From assembly GCA_937910235.1 (NCBI GenBank), contig CALENB010000330.1:2030-66029 (forward strand): 64,000 nucleotides of DNA, in the 5' to 3' direction. Source of the DNA: an uncultured Myxococcales bacterium (GTDB taxonomy: Bacteria; Myxococcota_A; UBA9042). Shown piece by piece: positions 48,234 through 57,871 of the stretch. The notes below the pieces were generated by a model, which was given only the letters and a program-made list of their open reading frames with translations, did no database searches and was not told the origin of the DNA. Each line of letters starts with the position of its first letter. Within the stretch, counting starts at the first letter, position 1. Both the position numbers and the translations under genes were made by a program.

Positions 48234-48452
48234 GGATTTCTCCCATGGTTAGGGCGACCACCGCGGACGATGCGACGACGCGAGCGCAGGCAAACGGGGG
48301 TGTGAGGTGCAGCCGTGGGTGCGACGTTTCGCGTAAGGGGCCAGCAGATGGTGGTTCCAACTCCGCAGTCTCCAACTCGCGCAAAGCAGCACGGTTCGTG
48401 GATGGTAGCCGGTCATTCGTGAAGGATCAACGATTCCAGCTAGCTCGATCAA

Positions 48453-48980
48453 TCACTTGAATGGGTTCACGCCGCAGACGGCGGTGCCGAGGCTGACGTA
48501 GTCGGTGCTGTTCTTGATGCAGTGCGGCATCTCCGGGTTCCAGGCCGCGCAGACGGCGTCCGACGAGCAGTTGCGACCGCAGACTTTGTAGGGCTCAGGG
48601 CTTGTGCGGGCGGTGTTTCCGCTGCTCGTGGACTTCTCAAAAGCCGATGAGAACTCGCCGTCGGTGGCGCAGGCTGCGGAGGTCGGGCTGTCTCCGCCCG
48701 TGCAGTTGTTGTTCTTGGTGCAGAACTTGATGGCGTTGTTATACCCGGTCAGAAACCCGCCGGTGAAGCAGTAGCCGTACATGCAGTCGGTGTGAGCGAC
48801 GCATGTCTTGCCGTTCTCGAGCCCTGTCGTGGCCTTGATCGGTGGGCACTGCCACCAGAGTCCGGTCCGAGTCGAGCCGCCGGCGCCGCTGGTCGGCGTG
48901 GTCTCGCAGCCCGTGAGTGTCCCGCTGAGCGCCCCGCTCAGCGCAATGGCGAGCGTGAGGGCGAGTGTGGCGGCGTTGGT
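48453..48980 (-). CDS. small Cys-rich secreted lipoprotein, compositionally atypical (lower GC)
   Basis: ATG at 48980 gives MYRTNAATLALTLAIALSGALSGTLTGC (lipobox). ~16 Cys, with N/K/T/F/Y-rich composition and local GC ~60%. Confidence 0.5.
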   Translation of the reverse strand, partial: TNAATLALTLAIALSGALSGTLTGCETTPTSGAGGSTRTGLWWQCPPIKATTGLENGKTCVAHTDCMYGYCFTGGFLTGYNNAIKFCTKNNNCTGGDSPTSAACATDGEFSSAFEKSTSSGNTARTSPEPYKVCGRNCSSDAVCAAWNPEMPHCIKNSTDYVSLGTAVCGVNPFK

Positions 48981-49083
48981 TCGGTACATGGCGGGCTCCG
49001 GAGGCTGGACCGTGAGGGGCAGGGTGACGATAGTGTAGAGACCTCCGCACGTCCTGCACAGGTGGCGGGGTGGATTGTGTGGC

Positions 49084-50511
49084 TCACGGCCCACACAGGT
49101 CGCTGCAGCTTGTGCCCCGTCGCTCGCAGGACCAGCCGCGGCGGTCTCTGTGCGCCAGCGTCCACGTACCGACGCCGGGCGCGAGTCGCCAGATGTCACC
49201 CAGGGCACCGCATTCGCCGCGGCCGCCGAAGAGCCACAGCGCGGCGTCGCCGGCCGCGAGCAGGCCATGGCTGCGCCGCGGTGGGCTCAGCGGATCCAAC
49301 GCGGTGAAGCCGGCCGGGGCCAAACAGGGATCTGCCAGCGGGGTGACGACGCCGCCAGACGTGGCGCCCTTGCCGAGGTCGCCCGCGCGGATGCGCTGCC
49401 ACTTGCCGACGCTGGCGAGCGGCATTCGCCAGAGATCGTTGCGAAACCCCTGAGCGCTGTCATCGCGGCCGCCAAACAGCCACAGGTCCGTCGCCGTCGT
49501 CGCCAGCGCCGCGCCGCGCCGGGGCGTCGGCCGGTTCCCCGACTCCGGCAGGCGTGTCCAGGCCATGGTCTGTGTATTGAACACCCACAGGTCGCCAAGC
49601 AGCCCGCCGTGGCTGCGGCCGCCAAACAGCAACAGCTGCTTGCCGCCGTTGAGGGCGATGAGGCCATGCTCGGCTCGCGCGACAGGCGGTTGAGTCGCGA
49701 TCGGGGGCAGCTCCCAAGCCGAAAGATCAAGCCGATAGCGCCGCAAGTCGGGCAGCAGCACGCCGACGCCCGTCGTGCCGCTCGCGTCGCCACCGTGCAC
49801 CCAGACGCTCGGCGGCGAGGTCTGCGTGGCGATGGCGGCGTGGTGCCGCGCCGGGATGCTCTGGCTCGTCGCCAAGCTCCACGCCCCAACGCTGCCGCCG
49901 AAGCGCCACAGATCGCCGCGCACGACCCAGGGCCCCGCGGTCGTGTCTCGCTGCCAACCGCCAACGAGCCACGCGCTGCCCAGGCCGACGGTGGACGCTG
50001 CCCCGCTCCGGCTCGGCGGGGTGCCGGGCGCAGCAGAGCGCCAACCGTCACACGGCGCCCAACTGCCACCTTGTTTGGTCGATCGGCCCATCTCAGTGCA
50101 GCGCCCAGCGGTCGCGACGTCGCCGCCGTGCACCAGCAAGCGTCCCATGAGCCAACCGCCCGCCGGCGAGGCCCGGGGCAGCAGCGCGCTGGCGCGTGGG
50201 GTCGCCGTGCTGGTCTTGTCGCAGCCATCCGCGGCGCCGCCCGCGTCGGTCAAGGCGTTCACGTCTGACCACCAAGGCACGTTTTTGCAGAGCTGGTCGA
50301 TGCAGACCGTGTTGGGCGGGCACGCGCCATCGAGGCCACAAGCCCGCTCCTGGCCCGTGCAGCCGGCGGCGCAGACCATCAGGCAGATCGCCGCGACCAC
50401 CCTCACCGCGACCACCCTCACCGCGGCTACACCGCTCGCGCTGCCCGCAGATGGCGATGAAATCAAGGTTCTCGGGCCGCGCTCGGCGTGATGCGATCGC
50501 GATCGGGTCAT
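49084..50511 (-). CDS. Kelch-repeat beta-propeller lipoprotein
   Basis: Repeated LWLFGG / DLW Kelch blades. N-terminal Cys-rich lipoprotein signal. ATG at 50511 overlaps stop of the upstream giant gene (ATGA). Confidence 0.65.
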   Translation of the reverse strand: MTRSRSHHAERGPRTLISSPSAGSASGVAAVRVVAVRVVAAICLMVCAAGCTGQERACGLDGACPPNTVCIDQLCKNVPWWSDVNALTDAGGAADGCDKTSTATPRASALLPRASPAGGWLMGRLLVHGGDVATAGRCTEMGRSTKQGGSWAPCDGWRSAAPGTPPSRSGAASTVGLGSAWLVGGWQRDTTAGPWVVRGDLWRFGGSVGAWSLATSQSIPARHHAAIATQTSPPSVWVHGGDASGTTGVGVLLPDLRRYRLDLSAWELPPIATQPPVARAEHGLIALNGGKQLLLFGGRSHGGLLGDLWVFNTQTMAWTRLPESGNRPTPRRGAALATTATDLWLFGGRDDSAQGFRNDLWRMPLASVGKWQRIRAGDLGKGATSGGVVTPLADPCLAPAGFTALDPLSPPRRSHGLLAAGDAALWLFGGRGECGALGDIWRLAPGVGTWTLAHRDRRGWSCERRGTSCSDLCGP

Positions 50512-53500
50512 GGCGAGCACGCGCAGCCAATGCCCTTCGGTTCGGCCGTGATGCGAATCTCATCGATCCAAACGCCGCGCGTGGCCACGGGCGCCGCGGC
50601 GACGCCGACCCACACCGCGGACAGCTGCACCACGTCGCCATCGAGCGTCACATCAAACGGCAGATCCAGCGCCACCATCGTCGCGGTGGAGCCGCACAGG
50701 GTGCCGCCCGCCAACACTTGCCCCTCCCGCTTCACACGTAGCGCTCCCTCGCTGCACACGACCCCGTCCTTATCGAGGCGGGCCTTCAACCGCACGCGCC
50801 ACGCCCCCGCGCTCAGCGCCAACGGCGGAAAACGGGCTTCATAGGTCCCGGACGCCAGCGGGCAATGCAGACTCCGCGTGCCGTCGCTCGCGACCGCGTC
50901 GACCTGACTTGCCCACGTCGCTCCGGCGCTCACCGGCGGCGCGTCGGCCAGCATCCGCCACCCGGGCGCTGTGGTCGCCTCGAAGCTCTCGTCGAACGCC
51001 TGCGGCACCAAACAGCGGCTCGCGGCCTTGCAGGTGCCCGTCTCACACCAACCCGCGGTGCAGCTCTGGCCGGGGGTGCACACAAGCGGCGTGTGTTTGC
51101 ACTGCGCCGACGCGATCACGCAGCTGTCTTGGGTGCACGCGAAGCCGTCGTCGCAGTCGATGTCCGCCACGCAGCACGTCGGCCCGGTGGTTGGCGTGCC
51201 CTTGCAGCTCCCCAAGCCATCACACACGTCCGTCGTCGTGCACGTCGACCCGTCGTCGCAGGCCGTGCCAGGCTGTTTGAAGGCGTTGGCGCAGCCCTTC
51301 CCTTTGTCGCAGAGGTCGAGCGTGCAGAACTTGCCGTCGTCGCAGTCCGGCGCCGTTCCGGCCGCGCACCCACCCACGCCGCACAGCTCGTCGCCGTTGC
51401 ACGGATCGCCGTCAGCGCAGCTGCCCGTCACCGTCACCAAGTGCTGGCATCCGCTCGTCGGCAGGCAATAATCCAACGTGCACGGCTTACTGTCATCGCA
51501 TCCCAAGTAGGCCGCACCCTTGCACAGTCCACTCGCGCAGGCGTCGCCAACCGTGCATTGCGAGCCGTCGCTGCAGCTCACACCCGACACGGCCTTGTGG
51601 CTGCAGCTGCCTTCCGGTTTGGCGCAGCCGTCGAGGGTGCATGGGTTGAAATCGTTGCAGTCGCCGTTGAGCTTGCAGCAGTTGCTGATCGCCTTGCCTT
51701 TGCAGAGCCCCTGTTCGCAGACCGCGTCGGACGTACAGCCCGTCGGTGTGACGCAGGGGCCGGTGTGAAACGTGATCTTGCACAACCCCGACGTCAGGTC
51801 GCAGCTGTCATCGGTGCAGGTGTTGCCGTCATCGCAGTTGATCGAGACGCCGGCCTGGCAGCTGCCCCCGGTGCAGATGTCGCCCAGTGTGCACGCGTCG
51901 CCGTCGTCGCAGCCTGTCTTTTCGGTCTTTTCGCTGCTGTGCACACACGCGCCGGTGCCGTCGCAGCTGTCGACCGTGCATGGCTGCTTGTCATCGCAGT
52001 TCTTTGGCGTGCCACTGCATCCGCCGCCGCTGCAGCTGTCCGCGGTCGTGCACGCGTCGCCGTCCGAGCACAGGCCGCTGGTCGGAAGGTAGCGACATCC
52101 TAACTCCACCTTGCACGTGTCGATGGTGCAAACGTTGAGATCATCGCATTGCAGCGCTGTGCCCACGCACGATCCGGACGCGCAGCCGTCGCTCAACGTG
52201 CACGCGTTGCCGTCGTCGCAGCTGCCGGAGTGACTCGTGTGCGCGCAGCCTTTCAGCGGGTTACAGCTGTCCAGCGTGCAGGGGTTGGTGTCTTCACACT
52301 TGAGCGGCACGCCGACCACGCAACCGTCGTTCGCGCAAGCGCTGAAGCCGTTGCACACGTCCCCGTCATCGCAGTTCGCCCCTTCGGGCAGCACCGGGTG
52401 GCTGCACTTCGCCGTCCCCGCCACGACGTCACAGATGTCCAACGTGCACAGATCCTTGTCGTTGCATGCCTGCCAGAGCCCGCCCGTGCACAACCCCAAG
52501 TCGCAGCTCTCTCCGATCGTGCACGGGTTGCCGTCACTGCAGGCGGCGGAACCGACCCCCGCGTTCTTGCAGGCGCCGCCCTGGCAGAGGTCAGCGGTAC
52601 ACGGGTTGCCGTCGTCGCAGTTCCCATCGGCCGTGCAGCAGCTTGGCAGGGGGATGCCGATGCACAGCTTGGCGAAGCAGGTGTCCTTGGTCGTGCAGGG
52701 GTTGCCGTCGTTGCAGACGCCATCGTGCGCGGCATGGACACAGGCGCCGCTCGCTGAGTCGCAGTCGTCACTCGTGCACGGGTTGCCGTCGTCGCAGACC
52801 ACCGTGCTGTGGCCCTTGCAGCCGCCATCGAGGCACGTGCCCGCTTGGGCGCAGAGGTCCGTGGGTTTGCACGCGGAGCCCACCGGCAACGCCACCGACA
52901 GGCAGCCCTTGTCCGCGGCGCAGGGGTCGAGCGTGCAGGGGTTGCCGTCGTCACAAATCGCCGCGGTGCCGCCCTTGCAGACCCCTTTCGCGCAGCTCTC
53001 GCCCGTCGTGCACGGGTCGCCGTCGTCGCACGTGCCGATATGCGGCAAGGAGCGACATCCGCCAGGCAGCTCACACAGGTCCACGGTGCACGGGTTGCCG
53101 TCGTTGCAGCGCTTGGCGGTCGGCACATGTTCACATCCAGTCCCGGCGACACAAGCGTCGACCGTGCAGGGGACGGCGTCATCACAAATCGGGGCTTCAT
53201 CGGTCTTGCCATCGCAGTCGTTGTCGACGCCATCACAGCTCTTCTCGACGGTCTCATAGTTGTCGATGCCGCCGAGGTTGCAGACCCATTGTCCGGCGAC
53301 GCAGCGCGACGTCGGCGCGCCCAAACAGACGCCGCTCACCCCGCACACTTCGCCGGCTTTGCCGTCCAGATCCTCGTCTGTCTTGCCGTCGCAATCGTTG
53401 TCGAGGCGGTCGCACCGAAGCTCGCCATCAGGCTCGTAATCCGGCACCCCTAGCACCTCGCACTTGACCTTGCCGACCGCGCCCAAGCAGGTCGCACGCG

Positions 53501-54038
53501 GCGAGTGGCCGGCGCAGACGCCGAGATCGCAGAACGCCGCGGCCAGCGCCTCCTTGCTCGCCGGCACCGAGTCGACCTTGTCATCCGGATCGGCGAGGCA
53601 GTCGCCGTCTTCATCATGTGTGTCGTGCTCAAGCGCGTCGGGTTTGCCGTCGCCATCGCGATCGCGGGGCGTCGCCGGGTTTGGGCCGACCTCGAGCTTG
53701 TCGTCTAAGCCATCGTTATCTGAGTCGCGCGATGCCGGGTTGGTGCCCGCCGCGCGCTCGGCCACCGCGTCCAACCCGTCGCCGTCCACGTCGACGTCCG
53801 GCGCGGCGCATCGGGCCGGCCGCCATGGACCAGTCTCGCAAAAACGCGACGCACAGGCGCTATCCGCTGAGCACGGCGTGCCGTTCGAGAGGCTCTGGTC
53901 GGCGCTGCAGGACAGCACCAGCGACGCGACGAGCAGCGGGCCGAGTCGGGCGCGGGGCGATGGCTGGCCAGCCCAATAGCCTCCCGCACACGCCCACGCG
54001 CGTTGAATCCTTGCGTGCGCTCGCCGGGCTCCCGGCAT
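50508..54038 (-). CDS. giant secreted Cys-rich repeat protein with TSP3-like Ca-binding Asp repeats (1176 aa)
   Basis: Signal peptide from ATG 54038. D-x-D-x-D-G repeats. More than 30 modules of C-x-D-G-N-P-C-T-x-D-x-C. Confidence 0.7.
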   Translation of the reverse strand: MPGARRAHARIQRAWACAGGYWAGQPSPRARLGPLLVASLVLSCSADQSLSNGTPCSADSACASRFCETGPWRPARCAAPDVDVDGDGLDAVAERAAGTNPASRDSDNDGLDDKLEVGPNPATPRDRDGDGKPDALEHDTHDEDGDCLADPDDKVDSVPASKEALAAAFCDLGVCAGHSPRATCLGAVGKVKCEVLGVPDYEPDGELRCDRLDNDCDGKTDEDLDGKAGEVCGVSGVCLGAPTSRCVAGQWVCNLGGIDNYETVEKSCDGVDNDCDGKTDEAPICDDAVPCTVDACVAGTGCEHVPTAKRCNDGNPCTVDLCELPGGCRSLPHIGTCDDGDPCTTGESCAKGVCKGGTAAICDDGNPCTLDPCAADKGCLSVALPVGSACKPTDLCAQAGTCLDGGCKGHSTVVCDDGNPCTSDDCDSASGACVHAAHDGVCNDGNPCTTKDTCFAKLCIGIPLPSCCTADGNCDDGNPCTADLCQGGACKNAGVGSAACSDGNPCTIGESCDLGLCTGGLWQACNDKDLCTLDICDVVAGTAKCSHPVLPEGANCDDGDVCNGFSACANDGCVVGVPLKCEDTNPCTLDSCNPLKGCAHTSHSGSCDDGNACTLSDGCASGSCVGTALQCDDLNVCTIDTCKVELGCRYLPTSGLCSDGDACTTADSCSGGGCSGTPKNCDDKQPCTVDSCDGTGACVHSSEKTEKTGCDDGDACTLGDICTGGSCQAGVSINCDDGNTCTDDSCDLTSGLCKITFHTGPCVTPTGCTSDAVCEQGLCKGKAISNCCKLNGDCNDFNPCTLDGCAKPEGSCSHKAVSGVSCSDGSQCTVGDACASGLCKGAAYLGCDDSKPCTLDYCLPTSGCQHLVTVTGSCADGDPCNGDELCGVGGCAAGTAPDCDDGKFCTLDLCDKGKGCANAFKQPGTACDDGSTCTTTDVCDGLGSCKGTPTTGPTCCVADIDCDDGFACTQDSCVIASAQCKHTPLVCTPGQSCTAGWCETGTCKAASRCLVPQAFDESFEATTAPGWRMLADAPPVSAGATWASQVDAVASDGTRSLHCPLASGTYEARFPPLALSAGAWRVRLKARLDKDGVVCSEGALRVKREGQVLAGGTLCGSTATMVALDLPFDVTLDGDVVQLSAVWVGVAAAPVATRGVWIDEIRITAEPKGIGCACSP

Positions 54039-54081
54039 TGCACCTCCCTCTTCCCGTCTACCTGTGTCTCGTCCGCGCAGG

Positions 54082-54966
54082 CTAGCGATCTTGCAGGGCG
54101 TAGTACACACCGAGCACCTTTCGCACGTAGCTGTCCGTCGCGGCGTAGGGCGTGCCACCGCGCCGTTTCACCCGCGTCGACCCGGCGTGGTACGCGCTCA
54201 GCACCTTCACCAGATCGCCGCGAAAGCGGTTGGCGAGGATCCGCAAGAACCGCGCGCCGCCGAGGATGCTCTGGTTCGGATCCCGGAGGTCCTTCACGCC
54301 CATCGCCTTGGCCGTGTCCGGCAGCAGCTGCATCAGGCCAACGGCGCCGGCGTGGGAGACAACCGTTGGATTGTAGCCGGACTCCACTTTCATGACGGCG
54401 CGAACCAAGTTCTCCGGCAGCTTGTAGCGCGCCGCGGCGGCCCGCACTTCTGCGGCGAAGGGGGCGCGATCTTCGGCGGTCACCTCAGGAATCCGGGTCG
54501 GTGCGGGCGTCGTGGAGTACCGGCCCCGAACGTCCCGCTGCGGCGGTTGCGGTTGCGGCAGCGTCGGAGCGCCGCCGTTCGGCCCTGGCGTGTGTCGATA
54601 CACCACCGGAGCGTGCGCGGATGCGGTCGGCGTGGTCTCCGGCGCCGGGATCTCGGCGCGCGCCACCCGCAGCGGCGCGCCGAGCCGTCGCAGCCGCAGC
54701 GTCTTGCGCCAGTCGCACTGATCGGGCTCAAGGCTCGTGTAGAATGGCTTGCAGTTCTTGAGGACCTGGTCGGCTCGTTCCTTGCTCCCGATCGCCTTGC
54801 GCAAGTTGATGCCGCTGGCGATTGCGCCGCGACAATTGAACATGGCGGTGCGGCACAGCGGCGCGGCCAGCGCGGTGTTGGTCGCGGTCATGACGCCGAC
54901 CGTCGCCAGCGCCAGCGCCAGTCGTCGCGTCGCGCTCGGTTGCGGGAATCTCAAGTGCGGGCGCAT
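54082..54966 (-). CDS. lytic transglycosylase (SLT domain) with signal peptide
   Basis: SLT catalytic block VSHAGAVGLMQLLPDTAKAMGV. ATG at 54966. Confidence 0.8.
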   Translation of the reverse strand: MRPHLRFPQPSATRRLALALATVGVMTATNTALAAPLCRTAMFNCRGAIASGINLRKAIGSKERADQVLKNCKPFYTSLEPDQCDWRKTLRLRRLGAPLRVARAEIPAPETTPTASAHAPVVYRHTPGPNGGAPTLPQPQPPQRDVRGRYSTTPAPTRIPEVTAEDRAPFAAEVRAAAARYKLPENLVRAVMKVESGYNPTVVSHAGAVGLMQLLPDTAKAMGVKDLRDPNQSILGGARFLRILANRFRGDLVKVLSAYHAGSTRVKRRGGTPYAATDSYVRKVLGVYYALQDR

Positions 54967-55036
54967 GATGCCTCCAGTTTGTCGCCACCTGAACTGCGCC
55001 CACTCTATCGCGACTCGCCCGCGCTTGCCCACCAAG

Positions 55037-55080
55037 CTCTCGCAGCCCCGAACTTCACGGCTCTCGCAGCCCCCGACTTC
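55037..55080. promoter_or_regulatory. 20-bp direct repeat pair (ctctcgcagcccc[c]ga[a/c]cttc) upstream of wbpB/D
   Basis: Two copies 24 bp apart in the divergent SLT / wbp promoter region. Confidence 0.4.
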
Positions 55081-55093
55081 GCTGGAGTCCTAC

Positions 55094-56686
55094 GTGCCGT
55101 CGATCTCCGTCACTCTGGTCGGCTGTGGCCGCTGGGGCCGCAACCTCGCCCGCAACTTGCACCAACTCGGCGCCCTCGCCGGGATCGTCGAAGTCGATGC
55201 AGGCGCCCGAGCTGACGTCGCCGCCCGCTGGCCCGCGGTCCCGTGCTGGCATGGCATCGACAGCGTCCCACGATCGCACGCCGTCGTGATCGCCGCCCCC
55301 GCCGTTGAACACGCTCGCCTCGCCGCGCATTTCCTGCGCCTGGGTCAGCACGTGTTTGTCGAGAAACCGCTCGCCCTCGACATCAGCGAAGGCCGCGCCC
55401 TCGTTTCTTTGGCGGAGACCCAAGGCTGCGTGCTGATGGTCGGACATCTTTTGCACTATCACCCCGCGGTGGAAGCCCTGGCCGGTCTGGTGCGCGACGG
55501 TAGCCTGGGCCGCCTGCGCTACGTCTACTCAAATCGGTTGAATCTCGGCCGTTTCCGCACCGAAGAGAACAGCCTGTGGTCCTTTGCCCCGCACGACGTG
55601 GCGGTCCTGCTGCGCCTCGTCGGTTCGCTGCCCGACCGGGTCACAGCCGTCGGCGGCTACTTCCTGCATCCCACCGTCGCTGACACAACGATGACGACGT
55701 TGTCTTGGGCGCACGGCGTTCAAGCGCACATCTACGTGTCGTGGCTGCACCCATTCAAAGAGCAGCGCCTCGTCGTGGTCGGTCAAGACGCCATGGCCGT
55801 GTTCGATGACCGCGCCGCCGAGCACAAGCTGGTCCTGTATCGCCACGGCGTGGAGTGGATCGGCGGCCGTCCGCAACCGATCGCGGCGCTCGCGGAGCCA
55901 GTCGCGCTGCGGGCGGTCGAACCCCTGGCCGAGGAGATGTCGGTCTTCCTCCGCGCTTGTGCCGACCCAACCGCGCGGCCGATCTCGGATGGCGCGGAGG
56001 GCGTCGCCGTGCTCACCGTGCTCGACGCCGCCGAGCGGTCCATGGGCGGCGGCGGCGCTCCGGTGACGCTGACCCCGGCGGACCATCGCGCGCCGACGGC
56101 GCCGCAAGTGCATCCCTCCGCGGAGATCGGTGAGGGCGCGGAGATCGGCGAAGGAACCAAGGTCTGGCACTTTGCCCACGTCATGGCTGGCGCGCGGATC
56201 GGCCGCGATTGTGTGCTGGGCCAAAATGCGTTTGTGCAGTCCGGCGCGGTCCTGGGCGATCGCGTGCGTGTGCAAAACAACGTCTCGATCTACGACGGGG
56301 TTGTGCTGGAAGACGACGTCTTCTGCGGGCCGTCCTGCGTCTTCACCAACGTCGTGCGCCCGCGTTCGCACGTCAGCCGCAAAGACGAGTTCGCGCGCAC
56401 CGTCGTCGGCCGCGGCGCCACGATCGGCGCCAACGCGACGGTGGTCTGTGGTCACCAGATCGGCGCGTACGCCTTCATCGCGGCGGGCGCTGTGGTCAGC
56501 CGCGAGGTGCCGCCGCACGCCATGGTGGTCGGGGTGCCCGCACGGGTCGTTGGCTGGGTGTGCAGCTGCGGCGAGCGCCTCGCGTGGCCGATCGCGCCGA
56601 TTGAAGGCAGCACCAACACGTGTCACCGCTGCGCCGCCACGTGGCGCTGGCAAGGCGGCGTGGTCTCCGCCAAGCAGGACGTATGA
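55094..56686 (+). CDS. fusion of Gfo/Idh/MocA sugar-nucleotide dehydrogenase (WbpB-like) and left-handed beta-helix N-acetyltransferase (WbpD/PglD-like)
   Basis: VTLVGCGRWGRNLARN Rossmann N-terminus. Hexapeptide repeats EIGEGAEIGEGTKVW... in the C-terminal third. GTG start with GGAG 6 nt upstream. Confidence 0.7.
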   Translation: MPSISVTLVGCGRWGRNLARNLHQLGALAGIVEVDAGARADVAARWPAVPCWHGIDSVPRSHAVVIAAPAVEHARLAAHFLRLGQHVFVEKPLALDISEGRALVSLAETQGCVLMVGHLLHYHPAVEALAGLVRDGSLGRLRYVYSNRLNLGRFRTEENSLWSFAPHDVAVLLRLVGSLPDRVTAVGGYFLHPTVADTTMTTLSWAHGVQAHIYVSWLHPFKEQRLVVVGQDAMAVFDDRAAEHKLVLYRHGVEWIGGRPQPIAALAEPVALRAVEPLAEEMSVFLRACADPTARPISDGAEGVAVLTVLDAAERSMGGGGAPVTLTPADHRAPTAPQVHPSAEIGEGAEIGEGTKVWHFAHVMAGARIGRDCVLGQNAFVQSGAVLGDRVRVQNNVSIYDGVVLEDDVFCGPSCVFTNVVRPRSHVSRKDEFARTVVGRGATIGANATVVCGHQIGAYAFIAAGAVVSREVPPHAMVVGVPARVVGWVCSCGERLAWPIAPIEGSTNTCHRCAATWRWQGGVVSAKQDV

Positions 56687-57807
56687 GCGACACCACCTCC
56701 AGCGTGCCCTTTGTTGACCTGAAGCGGCTGCAAGCCCCGCTGCGCGCGGACCTTGAGGCGGCTTTTTCGCGCGTGCTCGATCACGGCATTTACGTCTTGG
56801 GGCCCGAGGTGCAGGCCTTTGAGCAGCAGCTGAGCGGGTACCTGGGCGCCGCCGACACGGCTGGCGTGTCCTGCGGAACCGACGCGCTCCTCGCCGCGTT
56901 TTTGGCCTTGGGCCTCCCAGCCGGTGGCGAGATTCTGATGACGCCACTGTCGTTCATCGCGTCGGCCAGCTCCGTGCTGCGGGCCGGGTTGCGGCCTGTG
57001 TTTGTCGATCTGCCAGACATCGGCTTTCATCCGAGCCCGCAGGCCTTCGAGGACGCGTGGACGCCCGCCACGGTCGGCGTGCTCGCCGTGCATCTCTTCG
57101 GCGAGCCGGTGCCGATGGCCGATGTCGCAGCGCTCTGCGCCCGGCGCGGCGGGGTTCTGGTTGAGGACTGCGCCCAGGCGATCGGCGCGCGAACGCCGTC
57201 GGGTGCGTCAGTCGGCCTCGCCGGCGCCGCGGGCACGCTCAGCTTCTTTCCAGCCAAAAACTTGGGCGCGCTCGGTGATGGCGGCGCAGTGTTTGGCAGC
57301 GACCCAGCGCTCATCGCGCACGTCCGGCGCATTCGGCAGCATGGTCGCCGAGCCCGCGACGCGTACGATGAGCTCGGCGGCAACTTCCGCCTCGACGCGC
57401 TCCAGGCCGCCATGCTGCGTGTGCTGCTGCCGGCCCTCGACGACTGGACTCAGGCGCGCGCCGCCAACGCAGCGAGCTATCTCGCGGCCTTTGCGCCGTT
57501 GGAGCGAGCAGGCCAGCTGCAGCTGCCCCAGCCCTTGGCGGGTCACGCTTGGAATCAGTTCTGCATCCGCACGCCGCATCGGGCGAACCTCGTCGAAGCG
57601 CTGACCGCAGCGGGTATTGGCCACGCCGTCTACTACACGCGCGCGCTGCATCAGCAGGCCGCGCTCGCCGCCGCCGTCCCCGCGGAACACTTGCCGAACG
57701 CCGAGCGTTGTTGCGCTGAGGTGCTGGCCATCCCCGTGTATCCTGGCCTCACCGAAGCCGAGCGTAATCGCGTGATCGAGGTGGTGACACAGACGTTGCC
57801 ATGCTAG
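56683..57807 (+). CDS. DegT/DnrJ/EryC1/StrS family PLP aminotransferase (WbpE-like)
   Basis: Fold-type I sugar aminotransferase blocks (FFPAKNLGALGDGGAV). ATGA overlap with upstream fusion gene. Confidence 0.85.
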   Translation: MSDTTSSVPFVDLKRLQAPLRADLEAAFSRVLDHGIYVLGPEVQAFEQQLSGYLGAADTAGVSCGTDALLAAFLALGLPAGGEILMTPLSFIASASSVLRAGLRPVFVDLPDIGFHPSPQAFEDAWTPATVGVLAVHLFGEPVPMADVAALCARRGGVLVEDCAQAIGARTPSGASVGLAGAAGTLSFFPAKNLGALGDGGAVFGSDPALIAHVRRIRQHGRRARDAYDELGGNFRLDALQAAMLRVLLPALDDWTQARAANAASYLAAFAPLERAGQLQLPQPLAGHAWNQFCIRTPHRANLVEALTAAGIGHAVYYTRALHQQAALAAAVPAEHLPNAERCCAEVLAIPVYPGLTEAERNRVIEVVTQTLPC

Positions 57808-57871
57808 GTTGCGCCGCCCACAGAGCGGCCTGCCTCACGCAGACCGCCACCCGATCAGGAGCCGCGCTGCC

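Noticed and set aside
52237-53467. several 330-340-aa ORFs on both strands inside 50508..54038
   Set aside because: Alternative frames of the repetitive Cys-rich gene. Only the minus frame starting at 54038 gives a signal peptide and periodic Cys modules.
54749-55093. N-terminal 115 codons of track ORF 54749..56686
   Set aside because: This stretch is antisense to the SLT gene and precedes the Rossmann GxGxxG by far too long. The real start was moved to GTG 55094.
55529-56947. 472-aa minus-strand ORF
   Set aside because: Antisense to the wbpB/D fusion and aminotransferase.
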